Numbered from the whole stretch's first letter, positions 37,145 through 49,899 are shown. The stretch: DNA of 63,040 bases, filler included, from Sphacelaria rigidula (GCA_964200075.2; 7 parts of 7 records of this genome joined end to end with filler, not necessarily neighbours in it); one strand, 5' to 3'. Notes: generated by a model not told the origin, from the letters alone. Translations and numbers: made by a program.

Positions 37145-39403
37145 GTGGATGGATACCGAAACTATGTTCTTCTTCATTTTTTTTCCCTTCACATTTGCTG
37201 CAGTACGGTATAATAGTGGTGCTTGGAAGAAGAGCAAGCGGACACGCACAGCAGGAACGTTCGTGGAACGTTCGTCGCTTCATCTCTTCTCCGTCACGTT
37301 TTTCCATTTCACTTTTTTCTCGAGTTATGCACACGAATCAGTCGACCATCCTCCGTGCGTACACTATTACAACAACTCTTGACCTCCCGCCGAAGTTGAA
37401 ACTGATAGCTGTCATGCTCCACTATACTCCACTATCGACCGCGTCATGTTCCAAAGATGGTTAAGTTACAACACGTTGTCCCAAGTATGCGCCCTGGATA
37501 TCCGGGATACTTCCAGTACTAATTATCCCAGTATATCTAGGGTATGACTCCCGTGAATAAACGTAATGCTGGAGCATGATGTGCTTCTAGAACGTTCTAT
37601 TGATAGAACAGTCCGTGTATGTTTTATGTTGATGATTCTGCGGGGGAAAACTTCCTCTCTGCTCACTTATTTTTTGTGTGGGCTTTGCCGGGAAACGAAC
37701 GCGCGAAGGAAGTTTCTGCCGCAGATTGTTTTATTGCACAGCACAAGACTACTACATACGTGCATTTTCGCCCTTTGCTTTTTCTTGCCTTGAAGGAAGT
37801 AGGAAACCTCACCCAACACAAACTCCGCGATCGGGCTCGTGTGCCAATTACCCGTTGGCTCGTTTAGACCGCCTCACGGCAGTCATGTGGGGTAGGCGCC
37901 TCGAGCGTTCGGAAAGCTTTGCTCAAGGCAGTGGGGAGGTTGAATCCACTAAAATCCTACGTCAACTTTACGCATAGCACGCGCCGGCCCACGCTTATGA
38001 GCCTTGTGTTGTGTGTGTGAGTTTGGGTAACGTGTGTAAAAGGACGCAAAATCCAAAACTCCCAACATTGTGGCAGAGTTTGATGTGGCCGAAGGTGTAT
38101 TTGAATACCTGGCGGTTTCAACAGGAAATATGTATCACCTACACTATGGAGTTTTAGCGACCAAAACTCGCGCAAACTTACCACTGACCAAGTGGACCCT
38201 GAAAAATTACTGAAAATATGTGTAGGAACAAGGGCTTTGGTTGGGCATGAACATAATATGGTCACGGGTTGGGAATCACCAAATATTGAGGTTGGGTACC
38301 GAACCAGTACGCACTGCCAGTTCTTAGGAACTGGCAAACGGGCAGCCAGTACCGGCAGTACATACACAACTTACGGACGTCCCACAATACGCCTCAAAAA
38401 CCAGCGGAAACCCATCCAAATTACGCCGCCACGCCGCCTCAAAGGAGATAATACACACCACACACACACCACACAAAGCACACAAAGCACACAGCAGGAG
38501 ACCATTATAACGATGCAAAGCTTTTTCACGTCTGGCAGTCCACCACCAGCAGACCCCGGCGGTGGTGTTAACGCGGGGCCTGCCTGCGTCAGCAGCTGCA
38601 CCCGCTGCGTCAGCAGCTGCGGTGTTGATACAAGTTCAGGGTTGCTGTGTATTTCGTTTTGTTTTTTTGTGTGAGAGGCTGTCCTATGATCAATAATGAA
38701 GGATGCTCACGCCCTGTGCCGTCAAGGGCTACTATAGACCTGCTCTCTCCATTTTTTATTCGCAAGTCCGAAGTACTCTGTACTTGTCTAGCCTAAAGAC
38801 ACACCATGCACTCCAATTGCAACAAATCATGTGTAAGCCTTACCACCATGCTGGAGTTGATGAACACCGCAACATTTGTGGCACCTTTTGTTTTTTTTCC
38901 TATTTTCACATTTTGCTTGAGTTGAAAACAATTAATTTGGGCGTTGTACTAGACATTGTCTCCCGAAATAGTGCCTCTTCGGTCGGTCAAAAGCCACTCA
39001 GTTTTTAGGCTCTAATGAAGCCAAAACGCGTAAAAAAGCGCCCCCCCAGCGGGGCCCCCTCACCAGCCGGGGAGGGTCGCTGGTCGCGGCGCAACCGCGA
39101 CCACGTGGCTTCACCGCGCCACCAGTGTACTGATCGGATCCAGTATACCAGATCCTGGCTGGCTGCGCCAGTATCCAACCCTACCAAATATGCGGTAGAC
39201 GTGTTGTCATTATAGGAGTGGTGCTTTCAAACAGAGAACAGTTGCTTGGCTATGGCGTCAGGGTTGACTGCGTTCAAGGTCAGTCGGTGATATTGTTCCG
39301 AGAAAATACGATTTCTCGCGCGCCGGAAAGATTGATTGAAGGTCTATGGTTATCGTCCATACCCTCCACCCTTGCATGTCGCGGGTTGTGCTTCTTTTCG
39401 CAG

Positions 39404-39472
39404 ATGCGAAAATCTTCGACGGAGCTTCTCGGACACCCTTGGCTCAAGAACCCCACGAACCATCTTCGAAAG
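39404..39472 (+). CDS. Kinase, exon ending the catalytic domain
   Basis: ttcgcag|ATG...AAG|gtgggt; MRKSSTELLGHPWLKNPTNHLRK (R-x-S-x-x-ELL-x-HPW). Confidence 0.88.
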
Positions 39473-40900
39473 GTGGGTTGATTGATCGCGTGACTTGTGT
39501 TGACGGTGTCATGTGTGTGTGTGTGTGTGTATGTTTGTGTGTTACCTGTTTCTTTTAATGTTTTATCCCTGTTTATTTTCCTGTTCGTGATTTTTCTGGG
39601 TCCTCTTTTTTGATTTTTTGTTTACTTATACCCTATTTTGGATAGTTAGCCTGTGACCACGGAAGGCGTCCGCATCAGGTACCAAAAACGGAAATAGAAG
39701 TACTGCGCTAGTGTCGGAACGTTTTTTTTTTGTGTGACGACACCAACAGCGGCAGCAGCAGCAACATGTATATGCTCAAGATATTTTTTTATGCATATAT
39801 ATATATATATATACATACCTTTTTTTTTCCCCCGTGCATAACTGTATCGAAACATCTTTGGTCGTTCGCTCTTTGGTCTGTGTGGACATCTCTCGCCTCC
39901 TCTGTATGTATCTCAGGGCGACTGCTCCATTTTCTTTTTCATTTTATTTATGACTCTTGTTTGCGCGTGCGTCCCTACTCTACCGTGGCACGGTGGGTTC
40001 GTACCAGCTCGGGACCATCATTTCCATGGTTGACACGTTTTTGAAATAACGGTAATTCTAACCCTAACCGTAACCGAGAACCCGCAGCCAATAGAGGTGC
40101 TGAGGATGCCCAAGGCAAAGTGCACGTTGGAAGAGGCCTCATATTGGGGGCTGAGGCGCCGAGTTGGATGAAAAAACGTTCTGCAGACACGCCAGGAAGC
40201 ACTTGTCAACCCAACTAAAGATCCGAATCTCGGTGTTTCCTCTCAGATCAGGCAATGTCAACCATAGATAGAACTGGCCTTGGACTGGGACAAACTCTAC
40301 TGGTACCGTGGTACGGTGAATACCACCCCTAAATAACACGCGCGGGTGATGAGTTCTGTGGACCCGATTTTTTTGTCGTCCGGGGATGTTGGTCAGGGAG
40401 GTGATATACGACGTGCTCCGGTACGGCACAGTAGATACCGACATGGTGCCGAGAGTAGTCGAATAGTCGTCACCTACAGTAGGCGGTGCTTTTTAGGGGT
40501 GATATTCAGCGTATGAGTGTTATGCTGCTGTCGCGAACGCTCCCTCGTAACTCTGTGCTATTGTTGTCATTGTATGCTTCTCATGTCATTTTGTCGCAGT
40601 GGAGATACAAATAAAATAAAAATAAAATTCAGTATCTTGTATTTGTTGTTGTCGTGATCCAATGTTTCTGTTGTCGAAGTTTGTTTTTCTCTGGACCTTG
40701 AGCTTCTTCTGGTAACCGGGGCTGCGAACCTCAGTTCAAACGCGAGGAGTTGAGTAGCTGCTGGGGGCGCAACTTGCATCTGGGGGGGTAAATCTAGGTG
40801 TTCCGATGAAAAATGAAGAGATCTCATGAGAAGGGGGGGGGGGGGGAAGGAAGAAAGGTGAACCGCTTTCTTGTTTTGTGTGTCCGCAAAACAATCAAAG

Positions 40901-41034
40901 GTGGGAAACGCGGAGTTGAACAACGCCGGCGAAGACAGTACGCAGCGGCGAGGGGCCGTGCTGAAGACCGTGCGAACTGCCGCTCAGCTCATGCAGGCTA
41001 ACTCGCCCAAGCGGAGATACGACCTCTCTGAGAA
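40901..41034 (+). CDS. Kinase, probable linker exon
   Basis: caaag|GTG...GAG AA|gtgagt; open frame VGNAELNNAGEDSTQRRGAVLKTVRTAAQLMQANSPKRRYDLSE, phase 0 in and phase 2 out. Confidence 0.6.
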
Positions 41035-41159
41035 GTGAGTGAAGAGGACCTCCCTGAAATATCCTCATGCTGTCTCTCAATTCGCAGGCAGCAGCAGAGG
41101 GAATGCCAGAGTATACGAGTGACTTACTATCGTAGGTCTCTTCTTCGCATGCATTTACA

Positions 41160-41379
41160 GTAGTAGAGAGTTTCGGGAAATGGTTTTTCGCCTTAGAGTC
41201 AGAGCGGAAGAACTTCAGAGGGTCAAGTTTTGAAGGTTCAGCGTCTGTGTTGTCATTCCATCTGGCGTCCAGGATAGATGGAATGACAACACACACTCTG
41301 AACCTTTAGAGGTCTCCACTCAGAACTTCTTCCACTCTGACTCTGAGGCGAATAACCATTTCCCGAAACTCTCTAATAC
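41160..41379 (+). ncRNA. Intronic ~220-nt near-perfect hairpin (candidate miRNA/siRNA precursor)
   Basis: ~104-nt arms pair almost continuously, several as G-U pairs on the + strand. Loop ggcgtccaggat. Confidence 0.4.
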
Positions 41380-41560
41380 GTTTTTTTTTTGTGCGTTTTG
41401 TGATGATTTCATTTTAGATGCATATGCATTCTTCAAATTTATACTCATGTGTATACAACAGGACCTTTTATTTTGCATGCGGAGGAGAGGGCTGCGAATC
41501 GAGGAGGGTTTGACCTCGAAATATGTGATGGCTTTTGGCCGACATCTTTTTTTGCCAAAG

Positions 41561-42771
41561 CGTACAGGCTGATCCAGCCTAGAAACAGGTTTAAGCTTTC
41601 AAAGCAAAATCTCACCGACGCAGACGAGTTGGGCCGTGATCTGCATAGTGTATTAACGTCGAATCAAGGGGAAGGTGCCCATCTGCCCGAAAGTCTGGGG
41701 CATTTTTTTCTCGTTGATTAACCCCATGTCTAGTAGTTCCTATATCTTGCGGAGGTAGCGTCCATACTAGAGTCTATATTAAACCCCCAACGGTATATGC
41801 AGCAAATGATGACGATTTTGGTGTGGACCTTCCCTGGAGCACGGGGAAACTGTAGATAGTGTCACCTTCACCTGATTCGCCATCTATCTCGAGATATGGC
41901 GCACATAATATTCTATACTAAATTTCAATATATTACGAGTAGAGGTACTATTGTAACTACACTGAATCTGGATATCATGTCTCAGTTATCGAGAGTTGTG
42001 CTTTGAAATTTCGTATGAAGAATCGCTAGTGCATAATGAAATAGAAAAATAAAAACTGTTTCTCAGTTTTTTCTCCATTTTTTTTCGTTTTTTAGGGGAG
42101 TTTTTAAGGGGAAATGGGCATTGATTTTGGTCCTTATATCAGTTTCTTGACTCAATCTTTAGATTTGCGATTCGAAACTCAGCATGGAGAATCTCCAATG
42201 AATGCTGAAAAACAATGAGCGTTCGCTTTTTTTCTTTTCTGAGAGAGGTTAGGGCGTTCTCGTAAAAAAATGGTCTCAACCATACTTGAATGTCCTAAAC
42301 CAGTAAAAAATCAAGATCAAAATCGACTTGGCCCACTATTTTAGGTTTATCATGCCCTAGCGAGGTCCCACACGAAAGTTCAATACACAAGTACTGTACC
42401 AAACCTGGACCGGTAAGTAACCTGCAAAATATTGTTCCGAATTTCGATCGGCCCGGTTTTAGACGGCCCATTCTCACATCAATTTCAAGAGCTGGACCTT
42501 AAAATTTGGTATGGAGAATGAATAGGACACGAAGAAAAAGTGTACGGACACGAATATTTTTCTTCATTATTAGTTCAAGGCAATGATCAGTTTTCAGGTT
42601 TCAGTAAAATGCCTTCAACTCATGGAAGAAAAAAAACTTTTGGGTCCATACATGATTTTTTCATCATGCCCTATTCATTGTCCACACCAAATTTCAAGGT
42701 CCAACTCTAAAAACTGATCTGAGGATGGGCCTACAAACTACAAATCCGCTTTTAGGCTGTCCCAGCTCGTA
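41561..42771. mobile_element. Non-autonomous DNA transposon related to the TACGAGCTGGGCCAGC TIR family, with a nested fold-back at ~42465-42731
   Basis: Degenerate ends gtacaggctgatccagcct and aggctgtcccagctcgta. 41650-42300 matches 54270-54885 in reverse. Confidence 0.65.
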
Positions 42772-43565
42772 ATGCTAACGCTGACGCTAACGCTAACCTT
42801 AACCCCAACCCAGAGCGCACCCGAGGATCTTCGGGCAAGGGAGGTGTAAACATGGAGTGTCTCGGACGCAACGTGTGTTTTTTTTTGTCTCATATCAATC
42901 AGCCCCTCCTCGTTTTAGCGCCGCTTTGAAACAAAAGGGGTGTTGCGTAGACGGCGCCCACGCTGGACGAGCTCTCGGGACTGTGATCCCCCGTAAAGAT
43001 CCAGATACGATGATCCACACTAAAAACAAGTAGTATATATTTCAACCATTGTTTATTATGCTGCCGAACTCGGGTATACTCCTACCGTACGAAACGCCTC
43101 CATTTGAAGGCCGATGAAGTGATGGCATGTTATGTGTACTGGCAGCACGTGCCCCCCCTTTTTTTCCCGTCCCCGCTGTCTTTTTTTGTTCGTTTGTTCG
43201 GGGCAATTGTTTTTCCTGTGTTTTTTTCTGGTGATAGCAGTGGTAGTGTCGAAGGCCGTTGGTTTGTTTTATGAAGTTATTTTGCCCATCAGGTGGTTTT
43301 TACGCCAGAGCAATGCACCTTGTTTTCCCTTCCAACGCATGTGCGGATAGAAAAGATTAAAAAAGAGAACCGCAAACCCCCCCACCCAAACCACGCCGCC
43401 CGCGGCCCCACCCCGGACCCGCCCGCGGCACACCNNNNNNNNNNTTTTTTATGTTTTTGTCTCTTGCGTGTTTTTTTAACCTCAAATCAACACCCCTCTT
43501 CTCCCCCCCCTCCCACCGCTGGGAAAAAAAAAAAAAAAAAAAAAACCCCCCCCCCCCCCCCCCCC

Positions 43566-43662
43566 TTATGACTATGGCATGCATGATGAGTACACCCCCC
43601 CCCCACCGGTCAATGGTCAAACGACTAAGGCAAGCAACAAATGAGTACGCCCCCCCCCACCG
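43566..43662 (+). mobile_element. Adjacent 3' stubs of the C-run element and of the LINE; the LINE stub is flanked by the TSD ccccccccaccg
   Basis: ...gcatgatgagtaca(C)10accg-gtcaatggtcaaacgactaaggcaagcaacaaatgagtacg-(C)8accg. Confidence 0.7.
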
Positions 43663-43736
43663 CCCTCATTTGCATGTACACCCACAAAACAACACACCCG
43701 CAAACACACCAAAAGTGACGTACGAGATATCACCAG

Positions 43737-43953
43737 CATTGCCAACCTGGATCAGCTGATGGTGGGGGCTGGCGGGGGCAGCGGCGACGGCGGCGGCAAG
43801 GGGGACAACAACGACATGCCCCCTATAAGCAATAAAGGCGCCTTACGTAAGGGGAACATCCCCCCGCCGAAGGCAGCTCTGGCTATGGTTGCGGCTAAAC
43901 AGATGGGCAAAAAGGAGGATGACGGACAAGACTGGGATCAGGACTGGGATCAG
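43737..43953 (+). CDS. Kinase, probable low-complexity exon
   Basis: caccag|C ATT...CAG|gtatgt; phase 2 matches the previous exon. IANLDQLMVGAGGGSGDGGGKGDNNDMPP...DWDQDWDQ. The acceptor lacks a clear pyrimidine tract. Confidence 0.6.
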
Positions 43954-44544
43954 GTATGTGGCGTATGACTCTTTTTTCGGAGGGCAGTTGTTGTGATCTT
44001 CGGGGTCGGGATCGCGTACATGGAGCATCTGCTTTACAGACCCGGCCCGCTATATATATAGTGAGAAGCATGCCAATGACAAACCTGAAGGGTTGATTTG
44101 ATGACTTGAAACACGTCGAAAGTTGCGGCCATCGAGTGCAAAGAAAGAAGGCATCAGGAAAGATCGCAGAGTGATTCTTTCCTGGCCTTGAAGGAAATTC
44201 TGCGGTTCAGCATCTCTATGATGAACACGGTGAACTAAGCCTTGGCCCAATTCCATGAGTTTTAGTAGCGAGTCGCGTCTGTCTGTGCTGGACTGTTTTC
44301 GTGGTCGTCGTCATCGTCTTCGATAATGGAGTGATGGCCGCGATAACCCCTTCCCAGAACAGTGGCTGATTTGAGGAGCCCTAATCTACATGTAAATCAG
44401 AATGACAACAGTCGAGCACACCGACCAGCTGGGAATCCCCACGCTTGGGATCGTTTTCGCCAATGTTGCCCATATAAGGCGTTTTCAAGCAGTCCAAAAC
44501 CAGCTATCGTGGCGCTGTATGGCGATTTTCCTCGCGTCACTTGT

Positions 44545-44640
44545 GGGGCTGGTTTGGGGGCGTACTCATTGGTGTGCTTGACTTGGTCGTTTGACCATTG
44601 ACCCACGCACCCCTTTCGAGATGGAGCACTGCTTGTTTGC
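44545..44640 (-). mobile_element. 3' fragment of the LINE family
   Basis: gggggcgtactcattgg...ggtcgtttgaccattgacc...tttcgagatggagcac matches 24144-24215. Confidence 0.7.
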
Positions 44641-44734
44641 GGGGGGAGCTATCTATCGCGGCATCACTCATCTGCTTTGTTTTTTGTTTTTTTTTCCCTT
44701 CCGTGGATGTACATGTGTTTTGAACGCGCGGCAG

Positions 44735-44897
44735 GAGCTGGGGCTCGTGTCCACCCCATCGCCGACCCTCGCCTCGATCGGCACGGAACATGAGCACGGC
44801 TTGTCAGCGGCAACGGGTGGGCCCAAGCTGATGCCCAACCTGGCACCAAGCTCGGAAGCGGCGAAACAGCGGCTTAGGGCTTTGAAAGGGCAAAACG
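44735..44897 (+). CDS. Kinase, probable next exon
   Basis: ggcag|GAG...AAC G|gtgaag; ELGLVSTPSPTLASIGTEHEHGLSAATGGPKLMPNLAPSSEAAKQRLRALKGQN. Confidence 0.6.
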
Positions 44898-45002
44898 GTG
44901 AAGTGGCGTTAGTTACCCTTCGGTTACATTCCCGGGAAGGAAGGGGGGGGGGGGGGGTACTCGTAATCTTGCATGCCATAGTCATAAGACCATTGATCTC
45001 GC

Positions 45003-45102
45003 NNNNNNNNNNNNNNNNNNNNNNNNNNNNNNNNNNNNNNNNNNNNTTAATTAATTAANNNNNNNNNNNNNNNNNNNNNNNNNNNNNNNNNNNNNNNNNN
45101 NN
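45003..45102. other. Artificial contig linker
   Basis: Same N44-TTAATTAATTAA-N44 structure. Confidence 0.97.
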
Positions 45103-45323
45103 ACTTCCGTTGTCCCTAACAAGGACGCTTTTAAATAAAATTTTGGGGGGAGAAACGGCCCCAAATCCCCCCCCCCCCCCCCCCCTATCGGCATGCATGA
45201 TCATGAGTACACCCCCCTATCGTAGCATGACTGACTCTTCTTTTTTTTCCACCCGCGACGGAGCGAACGTGTCATCAATGATTCGGAGGCACGGGCATGC
45301 ACAAAACGAACCCCCCCACAAAC

Positions 45324-45421
45324 GAGCCTGGTCCGGCGGAAACCCGGCGTGCTCCGTCCCGGCTTTGTAGGGATGCGAGGTCAATGGTCTTATGACTATG
45401 GCAGGCATGATCATGAGTACA
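45324..45421 (+). mobile_element. 5'-truncated copy of the C-run element with the 12-bp TSD ccccccacaaac
   Basis: TSD at 45312-45323 and 45422-45433. Ends catgatcatgagtaca. Confidence 0.8.
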
Positions 45422-47416
45422 CCCCCCACAAACTACAGGAATGCTGAAATAAACGTGGGACTTCATCACACGACGACATCGCCGCTGATCTGCGCCGTTT
45501 TTGCCCGGTCACAACATACGCTATCTTCCCAGGTGATTGAATCAACATGCGTCGAGAAAAATGTGCACTGGAAGAAGGAGTACTTCGGCGCCTGGTGATC
45601 GATCAACATGTGCGATCGAATTCGATCAATCAGATTCGAGAATGCCGGAAGCCGTTCTCTCTCTGCTGTAAAAGAGTCTCACGAGATCGGGCATGTTTAT
45701 TGCACAACGGGAGAGGAACCCTGTCAGTATCATCTTTTTATACGCACACTACCATGAGTGGTACTTATGGGGGCAAGAAAACGTGTGTGCCCAGCATTCA
45801 TGACTACTAGGTAGGATGTTTCCGGTCCCGTGCTCCATCTAAGGGTCGGGGTCGGTAGACGAAGTGGCGGCGGAGTGCGATGATGTGCTTCACCGATAGC
45901 AGAATGTGAGGAGGAAACGCTGCGGATGTGTTGTAATCGATGGTGATGTTTTCCATCAAGTCGTGACAGTCTAGCGAAACTGCCTTGCCGACGTCTACTA
46001 TTCTACACGGCACATGGTTATAATGTTGATATGCATTGATACCTTGAGTTTTGAATACGGCCCGTGTTGCGTCCGTGTCTCAGCATTCGAACTTCATGGG
46101 ATTCAGTTGGTCCCGCGATGAACTCATTCCAGTCAAGGACGAGTGCGTTGGAGTTGCTATTTTTTCGTTTTGAACAGTCGCAAGTAGCCTCGTGGTTTGT
46201 TCGCTAGATGCCGACCAAAACAAAATGTATACGAGAATCTATATATGGTATATTTTTCAATAAGTGAATATCTTACCCGCAGAGATTATGTAGCTGCGGT
46301 GTACGACTTCGCCAAGGCTTCTTCGGCCTATGCTTGAGATGCAAGGAATCGTGGCACAAAGTTTTTTGACTGGCCAAAACTTGCCTCGGGAATCCTGATA
46401 ACCCTCCATTCGTTGGTCGCAGCTGAAGTAATCCACGAGCCTTCGGAGCGTAGGGACGTTCGGACATGGATATCACTCGGCGATTTTGGCTAGACTTTTT
46501 TATACAATTTTTTCGGAATTCATTGGCCGAAGGAACCGCACGTTACCCCTCCGCTGCACATTCTGCCAGCCACGAGGCAAACGGCATGCGAGGTAGGATG
46601 TGTTCCACCCATCATCATGAGACCGCGGTTGTACCCCTGGGGGGTCAGTTGAAGTCTGACAATCAATCAATCAATCAGTCAATCAAATCCAGGGCGACAA
46701 CAATTATCACGCTCGATCTCCTTTACAAGCGCGCTCTCTTTCTCCAATGGCCTCCACTCCCACGCGTACGCCACCGGATCAACATCGAACTTCAAGCTCG
46801 ATTTCCTGCAAGCCAGCCCATCCCCCAGGTCCTCCTATTCAATTGGCTCGGTATAGTACCTCGTACCGCTGTTGCACAGCTACAGACAAGGCAAATGCCT
46901 CATGCGGCTGTTGCACAGCGTAGTGCAGATGAGGCAGAGTGTTGTCACACTATACTATGAAACGTATCCGCATCGCTTGCAGGTCGTCTTGCCGAATAGG
47001 ACAACGACGGTAGCCGGAATGTAGTTGAAGGGGAGTGAGGACATGAAGGAATGGAGGCATGCATAGGTGCCTCGCCCCTGCAGATGGGATCTAGTCCTTT
47101 GATCTGTTAACACGTACTGACACCGGTACAGAGCTCCTCAGAAAGTGATCCCCTGCCACTTTTTTTTTTCTTTTTATTGAGATTAACTGACTCCCCAGAG
47201 ATCTAGCCGTGGTCACATGACGGACGTACCCAAGACGAAACAAGACTGAAACACTCGCTGAAGATAAAGAACAGAAAAAGTCGAACAGAACAAGATAGGA
47301 GACGAAGGCGTAAAAAAAGCGTGGATGAAAGTAAAAAAAAGCAAAGCACAGAGAGAAATGACCGATCTAGAGCAAAAAAAAGAAATTGAACGAAGAGAAA
47401 AAAAGAAGAGAAGAAA

Positions 47417-47857
47417 CACGGGATCTTACCATTTGGGGATGGATCTTCTATTGGGGATGAGAAACCCTGAGGATAAAAAATCTTTGTATCCGCACCAAAT
47501 CTTCGAAATATGGTTCCATTTCTTCACCTACTGATAGCTATTAACAGCTGCTAGACGCCATCGAAATTTGATTATCGATCACCGAAATGTTGGGGTCGTA
47601 GGTGAAAAACCAATTTTGGGCAATTCCCGGTATCCGAACGGACGCCAAAATGGTTCTGAAAATTGTTTTTCCATCTAGGACCCCATCATTTTGGTGATCG
47701 AAATCCAAATTTCGATGGCGTATAGCAGTTGTCAGTAACTATCAGTAGGTGAAGAAATGGAACCATATTCCGAAGATTTGGTGGATACGAAGATTTAAAT
47801 TCTCCCGGTTTCTCATCCCCCAATAAATGATCCACCCCCAATTTGAAAAATCCCGTG
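47417..47857. mobile_element. Fold-back MITE with ~200-bp TIRs and CACGG...CCGTG termini (CMC/Chapaev-like ends)
   Basis: cacgggat...ttggggatgagaaacc...atatggttccatttcttcacctactgatag mirrored by ctatcagtaggtgaagaaatggaaccatat...atcccgtg. A related fragment lies at 54122-54175. Confidence 0.8.
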
Positions 47858-49099
47858 CTAAGAAAAGAAAAAACGAAAAAAAGAGAAAGATAAGTGCAAG
47901 AAAGACGGGAAAAGCCCAAGGAATCCAGGGCGGTATAGTAGATACAACAGACACACACCAGTGGGCACTGCAGAGCCATCGACTAAGGACATAATCAACA
48001 ACCGATATGAGCAGACAGGATTTTTCGATCGGTAGCCCTCGACGCAGGAGCCTCTCGCTTGTAACGGCGGTCTGCTTCTCGTTTGTCCGCGTGTCGCCAC
48101 GTGTCCTCAAACTCTTCGGCCCCTTTTTCGACGCCACATAGCCAGATATCTTCCGTCAGCACCCATAGACGTGAATTGGTACAGCGCTTCCATCAAGCAC
48201 CCTCCCCCGGTCCTGTTCAGCATCAATAATCTTGCGAATCGTCAACAACGCCACCATATCAAGTACTGATGGACAAGCCCGGACCTACCGGGGAACACAA
48301 AAAACAACATCTCAGTGGCGTACAGGCACCGCAAAATCATTTACCTAGCGATCGAAATTCATGGCCTGAAGCTCGTCTCAACACGTCGCACGCAGGATTG
48401 ACGCTTCGCGTGGTTGACTCTTTGCGTCATTCAGTCCACTCAAAAAGTAATTGATCAACCATGAAAGGTAATATTTGCTCTTGCCTACGGTCAACGTAGA
48501 CTAACTCAATTGGAACTGCGATCCAGAGCAAACCTCGGAGTTGTTGCTCGTCGCGTACTCACGCGCATGGCGTATTGAAGTTACTCACAGAGACAGACGT
48601 GTTTTTAGAACTCATTACCTCAATTCCATCTGGAAAAAGCTAACACAAAACACCAACAGATTGTAAAACCCTATTTGGTCTACTTGGTGTTCGGACGCGC
48701 CGTCTGCAGGACGGTCGGTATCAGGTGTAGTTGTCAGTCACCACCTACAAAACTTACTATACAGCAACGCTGCACCCAGGCTCTGCAAGCATGTTGCCTG
48801 CGATTGCCCTGCGCTGTATATGGGTGCACAATGTGCATATTAGAGTGACGTAGATGATAAAATATGGCGCGAAACCTGACTCCAGCTGCAGGTTTCGAAT
48901 CCTGTTTACATTTGCACTCTCTCCAGCCCAAGAAGTCCAACGTACCTCTCCGTGGTGTGAGCTTGATCTGGTTAGACAATAATTACAGTTGCCCCTCCCA
49001 GCTTTGAATTTGTACCAAGCTCCCAAAAGCGTGATCAAGCACACTACTAAAAAAATAAACCGATCAAACCACACGACAGTTTCCCTCCCTACTCCAGAA

Positions 49100-49667
49100 A
49101 TCAGCCTGGTCCGACGAGAACCCGGCGTGCTCCGTCTCGGCTCTGAAGCGGCGGACCCTCGATGGGGTTGGCGTCCGTTGGCGATGACGCTATAAAACAC
49201 GCCACTCACTACGTAAGCTAGGTAACCAGGTTACCTATTGTTTTTTTGCGCGCTTGCGTTTTTTTTGCGGTAACCATGATGGTAGTCGAGCTAGATCATG
49301 TTGTGCGGGTTGGAGAACCTCAACTTCGCTCAATGGGAATGATTGAACCACGTAGTGTTTATGTGGTGAGACACACATGAGGCAGTGTATCAGCCGTGGC
49401 TGTCTCTGGAAGTGGCAATACCAGAAAATGAAGCGACTCATTGGAGACTGTCATCCAAATGCAAGATGATCAGTAGGCTTCGGGCCCAACAATCTTAGCA
49501 GGATTCAGCTCATCCTTCATGCGACTCGCCGAACACACCACGGCACTTCGCCCTTGGCGATTGAGTGCGAGCCCGGTCCGGTGGAAATCTTGCCTGCTCC
49601 GTCTCGGCTTTGTAGGGATGTGAGGTCGATGGTCTGATGACTATGGCATGCATGATCATGAGTACAC
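49100..49667 (+). mobile_element. Full-length ~570-bp non-coding retroposon-like element with the 13-bp TSD CCCTACTCCAGAA
   Basis: TSD at 49087-49099 and ~49669-49681. Internal ~45-bp direct repeat at ~49106 and ~49572. 3' end catgatcatgagtaca then a C-run. Confidence 0.85.
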
Positions 49668-49858
49668 CCCCTACTCCAGAAGAGCGGTCTTCAGATCTGC
49701 AACTCCAAACCTCCGAACACGAAGTCTGTCTCGCCCCCATGAATCGTCGTTTCACGAGAAACATGGGGTTCAGGCAGTATCACATACCATTATTCGCAAT
49801 AATAAATCCAAGTAAAATCACTAGCTCTCTCATGCTTGGAATTATGTCTCGCATTAAT

Positions 49859-49899
49859 AATGGTGACAGTCGGACCATTACACCACCGGGGCGCAGCGG
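49859..49899 (-). mobile_element. Head fragment of tRNA-SINE family B
   Basis: Reverse complement reads ccgctgcgccccggtggtgtaatggtccgactgtcaccatt. Confidence 0.65.

Noticed and set aside
45530-48290. Scattered exon-like segments in contig 6
   Set aside because: They could not be joined in consistent phases and show no recognisable domain.
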